Shown here piece by piece: positions 27,116-36,752 of a stretch of 64,000 nt of DNA. Position 1 is the stretch's first letter. The number at the start of each line of letters is the position of its first letter. Location: positions 32,001 through 96,000 of the forward strand of contig JBFWJS010000001.1 in NCBI GenBank assembly GCA_050253075.1, given 5' to 3'. The notes beneath the pieces are model-generated. The model was not told where the DNA came from. It made no database searches and worked only from the letters and a program-made list of their open reading frames with translations. This stretch comes from Deferribacterales bacterium (GTDB lineage Bacteria > Chrysiogenota > Deferribacteres > Deferribacterales > Geovibrionaceae). Position numbers and translations under genes: made by a program.

Positions 27116-28074
27116 TTTAAGGTTATGCCCGCTTTAGCGGCAGCCTCCTTTATGTGATGTATGAATATCTGCCTAACGGCAGGTTTATCTCCGAGTCCTT
27201 CGAGCACAGGCTTAACGTCATAGCCCGCTTTGCCGAGCACAACTTTCCACGAGTCGTCCTCGTCACCAGCCATGTCGTTGTTTGCGTGGTCGCCCGCTAC
27301 TATCATCAGCGGTTTTATAAGCACCTTTTTGTTTCCGTATACTGCGAGCTTGTCCATCACGACATCGATATCGGGCAGTCCTTCCACAAGCCCGACAGCC
27401 ACAGGCACGTCATACATCCTGTTCATCACTATCTCCAGTTCATAGTATACACCCTGAGCCATGTGTTCGTTACCGTGACCCATATATACGAGAACTCTCC
27501 CCTCTTCCTTCGCAGCTTTAACATCGTCTGCGAGAGCCTTTGCGAGGGTCTCTACGTATTCCGTGTGCTCTATCGTCCCCGTGAGCGGTTTGCCCAGTGC
27601 GAGAGCGTTAAAAGGAGAGAACTTCGCCTTAAATGTGCGTATGGACTGAAGCCCTCGTACATAAGACATAAGGTCGTGGAATTCCTCGCCGTTTGCCACA
27701 TGTGTGGACTGGACGACGATATCTCTATAGCCTTCATTCTGGAGGTCGCCTATGACCCCGAGTATATTCTTAACTGTATAAAGCTCCGCAGGTACATTCG
27801 GATGCTCTTTCTTATATTCAGCGTCCCCTGCTCTTTTGTTCCATATCTTTCTGATTATGTTTGAAGTGAAGGCGAGCCTTACTTCTGTTTCCGGAAAGGC
27901 TTTTTCCGCATCCTCTTTGATGGCAAGGATGGAGTGAAGTGTCTGCTCATAGGTAGTACCGAAAGCAGTGATAACTATTGCTGTTTTGTCGCCCATTTTA
28001 AAATCCTCTGATGCATGGCCCACCCCTGTCAAAAGGAGTACTAATACCAATACGAATGACGAAAATCTCATCAT
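27112..28074 (-). CDS. cbiK: Sirohydrochlorin cobaltochelatase CbiK with N-terminal signal peptide (periplasmic type)
   Basis: AFGTT, AFTSNIIR, MGHG and PLMIVAGDHANNDM His motifs; N-terminus MMRFSSFVLVLVLLLTGVGHA. Confidence 0.9.
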   Translation of the reverse strand: MMRFSSFVLVLVLLLTGVGHASEDFKMGDKTAIVITAFGTTYEQTLHSILAIKEDAEKAFPETEVRLAFTSNIIRKIWNKRAGDAEYKKEHPNVPAELYTVKNILGVIGDLQNEGYRDIVVQSTHVANGEEFHDLMSYVRGLQSIRTFKAKFSPFNALALGKPLTGTIEHTEYVETLAKALADDVKAAKEEGRVLVYMGHGNEHMAQGVYYELEIVMNRMYDVPVAVGLVEGLPDIDVVMDKLAVYGNKKVLIKPLMIVAGDHANNDMAGDEDDSWKVVLGKAGYDVKPVLEGLGDKPAVRQIFIHHIKEAAAKAGITLK

Positions 28075-28149
28075 TTCCTCCTATTAAATTGTTGGGTGAA
28101 CTTATAAAGAGTTGTATAGAACAGGAACCTCTATCCTCGTAAAGTATAT

Positions 28150-28325
28150 CAGCAGATCAGATATCCTGACTTCCGGCTTAGTATAGCAGCTTGCCTACTC
28201 CTGCGCCTTCCCATTTAATTGCGGCAGAATGCCTCAAATAGTGGCTGTTGCAGTTTCGTTCCGGTTACAGTAGCGGGACTGTTTTGGATTTTCACCAAAT
28301 TCCCTGAATTTGCCTACACCCTTCA
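28150..28325 (-). ncRNA. Cobalamin riboswitch
   Basis: Minus strand reads ggtg...agggaa-tttggtgaaaatccaaaacagtcccgctactgtaa...gccact...gggaaggcg...aagtcaggatatctg; lies upstream of cbiK. Confidence 0.95.
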
Positions 28326-28373
28326 TGTATTTCACCTCAAAATGCAACAGCAGTCAACATCAAAAAAGATAAC

Positions 28374-28403
28374 TTGACCCTGAATATTCTTTCCACTTAC
28401 TAT
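28374..28403 (+). promoter_or_regulatory. Promoter for cbiD operon, probably yielding a leaderless mRNA
   Basis: TTGACC(28374-28379)-N18-TACTAT(28398-28403), ATG 7 nt later, no Shine-Dalgarno. Confidence 0.5.
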
Positions 28404-28410
28404 TGTCTAT

Positions 28411-29385
28411 ATGAGAAAGGGATTTACAACGGGCACCGCAGCATCAGCCGCGGCAAAGGCTCACGCAGTATACATCCAGACAGGCACAGCGCCCGAAAGC
28501 GTGGACATAATGCTCCCCTCGGGGGACGAGCTGACCATACCCGTGCACCTCTGCGGTGAAGACGGCGCATGCATCATAAAAGACGCAGGGGACGACCCCG
28601 ACATCACACACGGGGCAGAGATATGGGCCTTCGTAAACCCTGACGGTTCAGGCGTTATAAAAGTTACAGGCGGGAAAGGCATCGGCACAGTGACAAAGGC
28701 AGGGCTGCAGGTCGGCATAGGATCACCCGCCATAAACCCCGTGCCCATGCAGATGATAAAGTCGAGCGTCGCACAGACGGGGCTGACATCATGCACCGTC
28801 ACCATATCCGTGCCAAAGGGCGAAGAGCTCGCAAAGGAAACATTCAACAGCCGTATCGGCATAGTCGGAGGCATCTCCATCATAGGAACCACGGGGATAG
28901 TCGAGCCGATGAGCATAGAGGCTCTCACCGCTACGATAGCATGTGAGATAGACGTACAGGCCGAAAACGGCGCAGAGCATATATACCTTGTCCCCGGCAA
29001 AATAGGCGAAAAGCACCTGCACAGACTCATCCCCGATGCTCACGGCGTCATCATGAGCAACTACGCAGGATTCGCCATAGAACACGCACTTAAAAAGGGG
29101 ATAAAAAGCATCACCCTTGCAGGACATCCCGGGAAACTTGCCAAAATTGCAATGGGCTTCTATAATACCCACTCGAAACACTCTCCGATGGCTCAGGACT
29201 ACATAGCCCGCTTATTAGAGCTGAAGGGAGAGTTCAACACCGTAGAGGAGATATGCGCCATAGCGCAGATGGACGCCGTAGCCGAGGCTATAGGTGCGAA
29301 AATACTCGCAGACCATCCGCTTGAGCACGTATCTGTGATATTATTTGATATGGGCGGTGAGTTAAAGGGGAGAAGAGATGGCTGA
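28411..29385 (+). CDS. cbiD: Cobalt-precorrin-5B C1-methyltransferase
   Basis: RKGFTTGTAASAA, KDAGDDPDITHG, AINPVP, GGISIIGTTGIVEP, GHPGKLAK. Confidence 0.95.
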   Translation: MRKGFTTGTAASAAAKAHAVYIQTGTAPESVDIMLPSGDELTIPVHLCGEDGACIIKDAGDDPDITHGAEIWAFVNPDGSGVIKVTGGKGIGTVTKAGLQVGIGSPAINPVPMQMIKSSVAQTGLTSCTVTISVPKGEELAKETFNSRIGIVGGISIIGTTGIVEPMSIEALTATIACEIDVQAENGAEHIYLVPGKIGEKHLHRLIPDAHGVIMSNYAGFAIEHALKKGIKSITLAGHPGKLAKIAMGFYNTHSKHSPMAQDYIARLLELKGEFNTVEEICAIAQMDAVAEAIGAKILADHPLEHVSVILFDMGGELKGRRDG

Positions 29386-29980
29386 TATTAAGATTGTATC
29401 TATGGGGCCCGGATGTATAAACCACCTCACATGGGAGGCGGTACAGGCGCTTTACTGCGCAGATGTCATGATAGGCGCAAAGAAATATACCGAGATATAC
29501 CCCGAGTATGGAATACTCGTACCCGAACCGCTGATATCGGGAACGATAGAGCTGATTAAGGAAAATATCGATAAAAAGATAGCCGTGCTGGTGACAGGCG
29601 ATGCGGGCTTTTACAGCCTGGGCAAAGCCGTGATAAAAGAGTTCGGCTGTAACGGCGTGACGGTAATCCCGGGCGTCAGCATTGTGCAGTTTGCCTTTGC
29701 ACAGCTGTGCGAACCGTGGGAGGATGCGCAGTTCGTATCGCTCCACGGGCGTGACGAAGAGCTCCCCGAGCTGACGGATAAGTTCATGGTGCTTTGCGAT
29801 AATAAAAACACTGCAAACGTCATAACACATAAGCTGATGCACATGATAAGCACCCATGACATATACGCCATGGAAGACCTGAGCATGAACGGCGAAAAGA
29901 TAACACACATAAAAACAGAAGAAGATATAAACAGCCTGAACGGCAGCTCGCTGGGCGTTGTGATAGGCATACGGAGATAA
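29378..29980 (+). CDS. cbiE: Cobalt-precorrin-7 C5-methyltransferase (stand-alone, no CbiT fusion)
   Basis: MGPG, TGDAGFYSLG, IPGVSIVQFAFA, PWED, VSLHGR. Confidence 0.9.
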   Translation: MADIKIVSMGPGCINHLTWEAVQALYCADVMIGAKKYTEIYPEYGILVPEPLISGTIELIKENIDKKIAVLVTGDAGFYSLGKAVIKEFGCNGVTVIPGVSIVQFAFAQLCEPWEDAQFVSLHGRDEELPELTDKFMVLCDNKNTANVITHKLMHMISTHDIYAMEDLSMNGEKITHIKTEEDINSLNGSSLGVVIGIRR

Positions 29981-29981
29981 G

Positions 29982-30737
29982 ATGAGCGATGTCTATTTCA
30001 TCGGGGCAGGCCCCGGTGACCCTGAGCTGATTACGCTGAAAGCGGTGAACCGCATAAAAGAGTGCAGATGCGTCATCTACGCAGGGAGCCTCGTTTCAAA
30101 AGATATACTGACACACTGCCGTGAGGATGCAGAGATACACGACTCCGCATCTATGGATCTCGGCGGGATAATCGAAACCATAAAAAATACCCACGCAAAA
30201 GGCGAGAAAACAGCCAGACTGCACACGGGCGACCCGAGTCTCTACGGTGCAATAAAGGAACAGATGATAGAGCTGGATAAGCTGGGCATCACATACGAAG
30301 TGATCCCGGGGATAACGGCACTGTTTGCCGCTGCCGCTGCTCTTCAGACAGAGCTGACAGCCCCCGAGCAGTCGCAGACAGTCATCATCAGCCGTATCGA
30401 AGGGCGTACTCCCGTCCCCGACGACGAGCGCATAGAGCTCCTTTCCAAGCACGGCGGGACATTCGCTTTTTATCTGTCTGTAAACAGACTGGGCGACGTC
30501 CTCGACAGATTCAGGGCAAACGGATGGGGAGAGGACACCCCCATGGCGATAGTCTATAGAGCGAGCTGGGAGGATGAAAAGATACTCCGAGGCACATTCG
30601 CAGACATAGAGCAGAAATTCGCCGTAGCAGACATAAACAAACACGCACTGATCATCATAGGCAAGGCACTCTCCGACACTCTGGAGAAATACAGCAAGCT
30701 GTACGACAAGGATTTCTCCCATGACTACCGCAAATGA
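29982..30737 (+). CDS. cbiF: Cobalt-precorrin-4 C11-methyltransferase (CobM)
   Basis: VYFIGAGPGDPELIT, YAGSLV, RLHTGDPSLYGAIKEQ, SKLYDKDFSH. Confidence 0.95.
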   Translation: MSDVYFIGAGPGDPELITLKAVNRIKECRCVIYAGSLVSKDILTHCREDAEIHDSASMDLGGIIETIKNTHAKGEKTARLHTGDPSLYGAIKEQMIELDKLGITYEVIPGITALFAAAAALQTELTAPEQSQTVIISRIEGRTPVPDDERIELLSKHGGTFAFYLSVNRLGDVLDRFRANGWGEDTPMAIVYRASWEDEKILRGTFADIEQKFAVADINKHALIIIGKALSDTLEKYSKLYDKDFSHDYRK

Positions 30738-31494
30738 TACCGCTGTCATAGCCGTCACCGAAAAGGGCTTAGCCCTTGCAAAGTCGGTGAATGCGGAGAT
30801 ACCCTCAGACCTCTATTACCCCGAAAAGCTCGGCGGGAACTATGCATCCGTCGCAGACTGCTTCATCGAACTGTTTAATAACTATAAAAATATCGTTGCA
30901 ATCATGGCACAGGGGATAGTCACCCGCATGATAGCACCCCACATAAAAAGTAAATACACAGACCCCGCCATAGTCACCTGCGACGAGGTGGGCAGGTTCG
31001 CCATAAGCACCCTGTCGGGGCACGAAGGGGGCGCAAATGTCCTCGCACATATGGTGGCTAGCATCACAGGGGCAGACCCTGTCATCACCACCGCCACAGA
31101 GGCAAACCGCACATGCATACTCGGCATCGGATGCCGTAAGGACACTCCGAAGGATGAGATAATCGAAGCAGTGCGTAACGGATGCGCCGATGCAGGGATA
31201 ACCCTCGAAGACATCCGCCTGATGGCATCTGCATGGGTAAAAAAGAATGAACAGGGGATACTGGAAGCATCAAAAGAGCTCGGTCTCTACCTCCGCTTCC
31301 TCCCCGAGAGATACTATAAAAACGAAAACTATAACTTCACCCCGCAGGAAGCGCCCATGAAGCACTTCGGCATACCAGCAGTGGCAGAACCCTCTGCGAT
31401 ACTGGCGGGGGTGAACCCGAGGCTGATACTGCAAAGGCAGACCTACGGGAACGTGACCATAGCAATAGCGAAAGAGGAATTGGCAAATGACTGA
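30721..31494 (+). CDS. cbiG: Cobalt-precorrin-5A hydrolase (short form)
   Basis: MAQGIVTRMIAP, DPAIV, LSGHEGGAN, VITTATE, GIGCRK, VAEPSA. Confidence 0.9.
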   Translation: MTTANDTAVIAVTEKGLALAKSVNAEIPSDLYYPEKLGGNYASVADCFIELFNNYKNIVAIMAQGIVTRMIAPHIKSKYTDPAIVTCDEVGRFAISTLSGHEGGANVLAHMVASITGADPVITTATEANRTCILGIGCRKDTPKDEIIEAVRNGCADAGITLEDIRLMASAWVKKNEQGILEASKELGLYLRFLPERYYKNENYNFTPQEAPMKHFGIPAVAEPSAILAGVNPRLILQRQTYGNVTIAIAKEELAND

Positions 31495-32230
31495 TAAAGG
31501 CAGGCTTTACGTCGTGGGCAACGGCCCGGGCGATATATCGCTCACCAGCCCGAAGGCGAAGGAAGCCATAGAAACAGCAGACATCATATGCGGATACGAG
31601 CCCTATGTGGAGCAGATAAAGGCTCTCATCCCCGACGGAACAGAGATATTCACCAACGGAATGACAGGCGAGATGGAGCGTGTGCAAAAGGCTGTGGACG
31701 AATGCGCAAAAGGGCGCATAGTCGCACTTGTATGCGGAGGCGACGCATCCCTTTATTCGATGGCATCGCTGGCATACGAGCTGACAAACGATGTGGACAC
31801 CGTGGAGATAATCCCCGGGATAACATCCGCACTATCAGCCTCTGCAAAGCTCGGTGCGCCCGTATCGGACGATCTGGTGCTGATATCCATGAGTGACCTG
31901 CTCACCCCGTGGGAGCTTATCAAAAAGCGCATAGATGCCATAAACATAGGCGATTTCGTCTGTGCGGTGTATAACCCACGCAGTAAGAAGCGCACGGCAC
32001 AGCTTCCGTATCTGGTCGAGACTTTCATCCGTGAAAGGGGCGACCTCCCATGCGGATGGGTCAAGAACTGCGACAGGGAAACAGAGGAAACATGCGTCAC
32101 AACCCTCACAAAGCTGAATTTCGAAGATATTGATATGAAAACCGTGCTGATAATCGGCAGCAGGAAAACATTCATAAAAGACGGAAAGCTCGTCAGCCCG
32201 AGGGGCTACACGGATAAATACGGCGTATGA
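31487..32230 (+). CDS. cbiH: Cobalt-precorrin-3 C17-methyltransferase (CobJ)
   Basis: LYVVGNGPG, IPGITS, ISMSDLLTPW, YNPRSKKR, IDMKT, PRGY. Confidence 0.93.
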   Translation: MTDKGRLYVVGNGPGDISLTSPKAKEAIETADIICGYEPYVEQIKALIPDGTEIFTNGMTGEMERVQKAVDECAKGRIVALVCGGDASLYSMASLAYELTNDVDTVEIIPGITSALSASAKLGAPVSDDLVLISMSDLLTPWELIKKRIDAINIGDFVCAVYNPRSKKRTAQLPYLVETFIRERGDLPCGWVKNCDRETEETCVTTLTKLNFEDIDMKTVLIIGSRKTFIKDGKLVSPRGYTDKYGV

Positions 32231-32907
32231 TACTGATACTGGGCGGAACATCCACGACACACAAGATAATAAGCCAGCTAAACACCGAAGACTTCATAAT
32301 ATCCGTCGCCACGGAATACGGCCACGATGAATTCTCCAAAAGGTATCCGAGGAAGATAACTCTGAAAAGGTTCACTCCGTCCGACCTCGCAAAATTCATA
32401 CGCTTCAACGATATAACACAGGTGATAGACACCACCCACCCCCACGCAAAGGAGATCAGCAAGATAGCCGTCGAGGCATGTAACCTCACGGGGATAGAAT
32501 ACGTTAATAAAGTACGTGAGACGGAGGATGTGGAGTATGACCGTCTATACGCCTTCGACACATACGAAGATGCCGTCAGCCATATCAAAAATAAGGATTA
32601 CAAGTCTGTTCTTATAACCACAGGCAGTAACAACATAGATAAATACGCCCCCGTGGCAGATGTATCATACGCAAGGGTGCTCGCATTCGAAAAATCCATA
32701 AAGGCATGCACCGATGCAGGGTTTCATTATTCAAAGATAATAGCCATGCAGGGGCCGTTCAGCGAGCAGTTCAACATGTCGCTCATGCGAGAGCTGAAGA
32801 CAGACTGCCTCGTCACGAAAAACAGCGGAGAGGGCTCGGGCTATGCCGAGAAGATATCCGCCTGCGAGAAGCTGGGGATAGACGTTATCCTTGTGCAGCC
32901 AGAGTGA
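32227..32907 (+). CDS. cbiJ: Cobalt-precorrin-6A reductase (CobK)
   Basis: ILILGGT, SVATEYG, IDTTHPHA, AMQGPFS, VTKNSG. Confidence 0.92.
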   Translation: MILILGGTSTTHKIISQLNTEDFIISVATEYGHDEFSKRYPRKITLKRFTPSDLAKFIRFNDITQVIDTTHPHAKEISKIAVEACNLTGIEYVNKVRETEDVEYDRLYAFDTYEDAVSHIKNKDYKSVLITTGSNNIDKYAPVADVSYARVLAFEKSIKACTDAGFHYSKIIAMQGPFSEQFNMSLMRELKTDCLVTKNSGEGSGYAEKISACEKLGIDVILVQPE

Positions 32908-33502
32908 GCAGACCGTTTATAACAGTCGCCGCACACGGGCTCCCGCCCTTTGTCCCCCTGTTCGTCACATGTGGGATGTCGCTCTCGGAGAGCTCTTCCT
33001 TCGACTCCGCAGCCTTCACAAAGCCAACGGGAAGCCCCGCTATGAATGAAGGATTCGCTTTTCCCTCACGTTTCAGTTCCAGCAGTTTCAGCAGTGCCGT
33101 CGGAGCATTGCCTATGGCGTATACCGCATCGGGATATTTCTCCGCTGCGTAGACCATAGCCACTTCGCTTCGGGTCTGGTTCGTTTCCTTCGCTATGCGC
33201 ATCACTTCAGGGTCGTTTATGAAGCAGAGCACCTCTACGCCCGTCTTTTCCAGATAGCGTTTCGTTATGCCCGCCGTCACCATCGTCACATCCGTTATGA
33301 CAGGTTTCCCCGCCTTTAACGCCTGCACACCCGCATCGACTCCTCCGACAGAACATATTGCTAATTCAGCAAATTCGGGATCACCTGTCGTGTGCACCAG
33401 CTTCTTCACGACGAGCCTTTCCCCTTCGGAAAATTTTGAAAGGTCGCAAAGTGATTCTATAATATCAAAGCTGTCGCTCTCTATTTTCAGTCCTTTATCC
33501 AT
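32885..33502 (-). CDS. cbiC: Precorrin-8X methylmutase (CobH)
   Basis: IESDSFDII, VHTTGD, DVTMV, TRS, AIGNAPTAL, PVGFV, GTKGGS. Confidence 0.95.
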   Translation of the reverse strand: MDKGLKIESDSFDIIESLCDLSKFSEGERLVVKKLVHTTGDPEFAELAICSVGGVDAGVQALKAGKPVITDVTMVTAGITKRYLEKTGVEVLCFINDPEVMRIAKETNQTRSEVAMVYAAEKYPDAVYAIGNAPTALLKLLELKREGKANPSFIAGLPVGFVKAAESKEELSESDIPHVTNRGTKGGSPCAATVINGLLTLAAQG

Positions 33503-33506
33503 CTTT

Positions 33507-34784
33507 TCACCCCAGTATCATATCCAGAATCGACGGCTCGCTCATAAAGTGAAAGTGGGCGTATCCGCCGTATACATTCCCCTTCATGAATCCGTCCGAT
33601 GTCTGTTTCTTATTCGTCAGCTTCTCAAGGGTAAAGTGGAAATCCTCTTTCACGTTTTCCAGCTTTGAATAATGAAATTCATGCCCTATGAAGCCTTCGC
33701 ATTTATCGTTAAACGCCCGAACGTATCCGAGTGCCTGTCTTTTATCCGTCATACGGCATTCCGCATCGAAGATGCCCGCCATCTCATAAAACCCACCGTC
33801 GGCGTGTATCCCCTTCGTCAGGGTCATCATACCGCCGCACTCTGCTATCATGGGCTTTTTAAAGTCTCTCACAGATTCCAGAAACCGTTTACACTGCGAA
33901 AGCTCTTCGCCGTAAAGCTCAGGGTAGCCACCGCCCATATACACCATGTCGGCATCGTCCACAGCCTCGTCAGCAAGGGGCGAGAAGAATTTTATCTCAT
34001 ACCCACGCCTGCGGAGCTCGTGAAAGTTTGCCTCGTAATAGAAGTTAAACGCCTTATCATATGCGACACGGCACACCTTATCCGTCTGATACACGGGCAG
34101 TTCTGCCGTATCGACGGTGATGTCTATGTCCGACAGCCTGTTTATATCTATGTACTCTGCCGTGAGGTCGGCACATCTGTTGAAATACGCTTCGTCCGCC
34201 TCGAATGCCGTCTTTATCCCGAGGTGTCTCGAGCCTATCAGCTCCCCCTGCCTCGGCACACAGCCCAGAATGGGTATGTCCGTATGCATCCTCACCGCTT
34301 CGGTCAGCAGTTTTTCATGGTTGCCCGATGCGACATTATTCAGCACAACTCCCGCAATGGGCACATCAGCCATAGACTGAAAGCCTCTAAGAGTCGCCGC
34401 CACGGAATAAGATGTGGATGCACAGTTCAGCACCATCACCACGGGCAGTCCGCAGACCTTCGCCACATGGTGCGAGCTCCCGTAAAAGCCCTCGGGGCGT
34501 ATCCCGTCAAAAAGCCCCATGACGCCCTCGGCCACACATACATCGGCACCCGCAGCACCTATGGCAAATACCTCACGCACCTTATCCTCAGACAGCATGA
34601 CGGTGTCTAGGTTGTGCGCAGGACGCCCCGCTGCTTTTGAATGGTGGAGTGTGTCTATATAGTCAGGGCCGCTCTTAAACGGCGAGACGAGCTTCCCTCT
34701 GCGGGTCAGCTCTCGGATTATCCCTGTCGTTATCGTTGTTTTGCCTGAGCCGCTCTTATCTGCGGCTATCATGAAGCCTTTCAT
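33507..34784 (-). CDS. cbiA: Cobyrinate a,c-diamide synthase (CobB)
   Basis: SGSGKTT, FKSGPDYID, EGVMGLFDG, SRHLG, GGYPE, AECGG, GHEFHYS; ATGA overlap gives start 34784. Confidence 0.95.
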   Translation of the reverse strand: MKGFMIAADKSGSGKTTITTGIIRELTRRGKLVSPFKSGPDYIDTLHHSKAAGRPAHNLDTVMLSEDKVREVFAIGAAGADVCVAEGVMGLFDGIRPEGFYGSSHHVAKVCGLPVVMVLNCASTSYSVAATLRGFQSMADVPIAGVVLNNVASGNHEKLLTEAVRMHTDIPILGCVPRQGELIGSRHLGIKTAFEADEAYFNRCADLTAEYIDINRLSDIDITVDTAELPVYQTDKVCRVAYDKAFNFYYEANFHELRRRGYEIKFFSPLADEAVDDADMVYMGGGYPELYGEELSQCKRFLESVRDFKKPMIAECGGMMTLTKGIHADGGFYEMAGIFDAECRMTDKRQALGYVRAFNDKCEGFIGHEFHYSKLENVKEDFHFTLEKLTNKKQTSDGFMKGNVYGGYAHFHFMSEPSILDMILG

Positions 34785-35230
34785 TCCAGCCCGCCGTCCG
34801 CTATCCACTGTTCGAGCTTTTCACGTATCTTCTTCGACCTTGCAGGGTCTGCCCCGTCGGTGGATACGGATATCACCACATCATCCCGCACTATCGTCGC
34901 AGGCATGTGAAAGTCGCATGCGTCAGGGTCGTCGGCTATGTTTATCAGTGCCTGACCTTTGAAAAAGTCGTAGACCTCCTGATTCACCTCACGCTCGTTT
35001 GTCGCTATGAAGACATAGTCGAAGCTCTCCTGAGGGAAGTCCGTCGTCCACTTTATCACACCGAGAATTGCGAGGCTCTGAAGCTTATCAGTTACTTCGG
35101 GGGAGAGGACGGTTATCACGGGGTTCGCCTCCAGAAGCGACTGAACCTTTCGCTCTGCCACTGCGCCTCCGCCGACGAATAAAACTTTTTTTCCGTGCAT
35201 GCCCATCAAGAGCGGATATCTCTTTATCAC
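34781..35230 (-). CDS. Precorrin-2 dehydrogenase (SirC / CysG N-terminal-like, short)
   Basis: YPL, VGGGAVAERK, NIADDPDACDF, ISVSTDG. Confidence 0.85.
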   Translation of the reverse strand: MIKRYPLLMGMHGKKVLFVGGGAVAERKVQSLLEANPVITVLSPEVTDKLQSLAILGVIKWTTDFPQESFDYVFIATNEREVNQEVYDFFKGQALINIADDPDACDFHMPATIVRDDVVISVSTDGADPARSKKIREKLEQWIADGGLE

Positions 35231-36660
35231 AGCCCTGCCCCCTTTAATATCTTATCTATATCACAGTTTTCTTTTATCATCTTTGCCAGTGCGTTCAGCT
35301 GGCGCTCTTTTTCATCGATATAATCATCGGCATAGATATTTACGCCGTGCATGGCGAAGAGTTTTTCGGTGATTTTTCCGCTTTCGAATATACCGTGCAG
35401 ATATGTCCCCGTCACACGTCCGTCTGTTATCAGCACATCCTTTTCCGATGCGAGCTGTTCATATCCGCCTTTTATGTCTGTCACACCCATGTGCATCTCA
35501 TACCCGCAGACATTCAGCCCGCTGAGCAGACCGGCACCCTTGTATGACACATGCTCCAGCCTCTTTTCGCTCTTTATCACTGTCTCCATATCGAAAAGTC
35601 CGAGCCCTTCGATGTCGGCGATTTCCCCCTCTATGCCGTCAGGGTCAGCGACCCTTTTACCCAGCATCTGGAAGCCTCCGCATATGCCTGTCACGGGCTT
35701 TCCGCTTTTGAGTATCGCATCTGCGAAGCCTTTATCACGCAGGTATTTCATATCCGCCACGGTGCTCTTACTGCCGGGCAGTATGATGATGTCGCAGTCG
35801 TCCAGCTCGGACGGTCTCTCGACATACAGCAGGTTTATATTTTCATTCGCCTTCAGAGGGGCGAAGTCGGAGAAATTCGATATCTTCGGCAGGCGGATAA
35901 CGCCCACGGTTGGTTTATCAGTATATATTTTATCTGAGGAGATGTCCTGAGAGTCTTCCTCCTCCAGAGTATTGTATTGAAACGGGAGCACGCCGACCAC
36001 GGGCTTTGGCACATATTCGGCGAACATGTCTATCCCCGGCTGGAGCAGCGTGACGTCCCCACGGAATTTATTTATTATAAAGCCTTTTATCAGTTCACGG
36101 GTATCTTCGGGGACGAGGTCGTATGTACCCTTCATCCATGCGAATACTCCGCCCCTGTCTATGTCGCCTATGATGTAAACATCTGATTCGGCATACTTTG
36201 CCATCTGCATGTTTACTATGTCGGTCTTTTGCAGGTTTATCTCTGCCGGGCTCCCCGCACCCTCTATCACTATCAGGTCGTATTCCTCAGCCAGCGAATC
36301 ATACGCCTGTTTCACTATCTCAAAGTTTTCGAGGGAGAGCGTGTAATACTCTCTGGCTGAATATGTGCCGACCACACGCCCCATGCGGACGAGCTGTGAT
36401 GATGAATTACCCTGCGGTTTCAGCAGTATCGGATTCATCCGAACATCAGGGCGAACCCTCGCCGCCTCCGCCTGTAATATCTGCGCACGACCCATCTCGA
36501 GCCCGCTGTCCACCACGCCTGAATTCAGCGCCATATTCTGTGATTTGAAAGGGGCCACCTTTACCCCCATATCAGACAAAAGACGGCAGAAACCCGCTGT
36601 GACTATACTTTTACCCACACCCGAGCCTGTCCCCTGAAACATTATCGATGGAACTTTCAT
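35227..36660 (-). CDS. cbiP: Cobyric acid synthase (CobQ)
   Basis: QGTGSGVGKS, PFKSQNMALNS, MNPILLKP, EGAGSPAEINL, DIDRGG, GICGGFQMLG, GTYLHG. Confidence 0.96.
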   Translation of the reverse strand: MKVPSIMFQGTGSGVGKSIVTAGFCRLLSDMGVKVAPFKSQNMALNSGVVDSGLEMGRAQILQAEAARVRPDVRMNPILLKPQGNSSSQLVRMGRVVGTYSAREYYTLSLENFEIVKQAYDSLAEEYDLIVIEGAGSPAEINLQKTDIVNMQMAKYAESDVYIIGDIDRGGVFAWMKGTYDLVPEDTRELIKGFIINKFRGDVTLLQPGIDMFAEYVPKPVVGVLPFQYNTLEEEDSQDISSDKIYTDKPTVGVIRLPKISNFSDFAPLKANENINLLYVERPSELDDCDIIILPGSKSTVADMKYLRDKGFADAILKSGKPVTGICGGFQMLGKRVADPDGIEGEIADIEGLGLFDMETVIKSEKRLEHVSYKGAGLLSGLNVCGYEMHMGVTDIKGGYEQLASEKDVLITDGRVTGTYLHGIFESGKITEKLFAMHGVNIYADDYIDEKERQLNALAKMIKENCDIDKILKGAGL

Positions 36661-36752
36661 AAGCTGTTACCGCCTTTTATTGAAACACAATGTTATAAAA
36701 AAACTGGACACACCTCAAGATGTTTTCGTATATTGGCTAACCGAGGTTAGTT

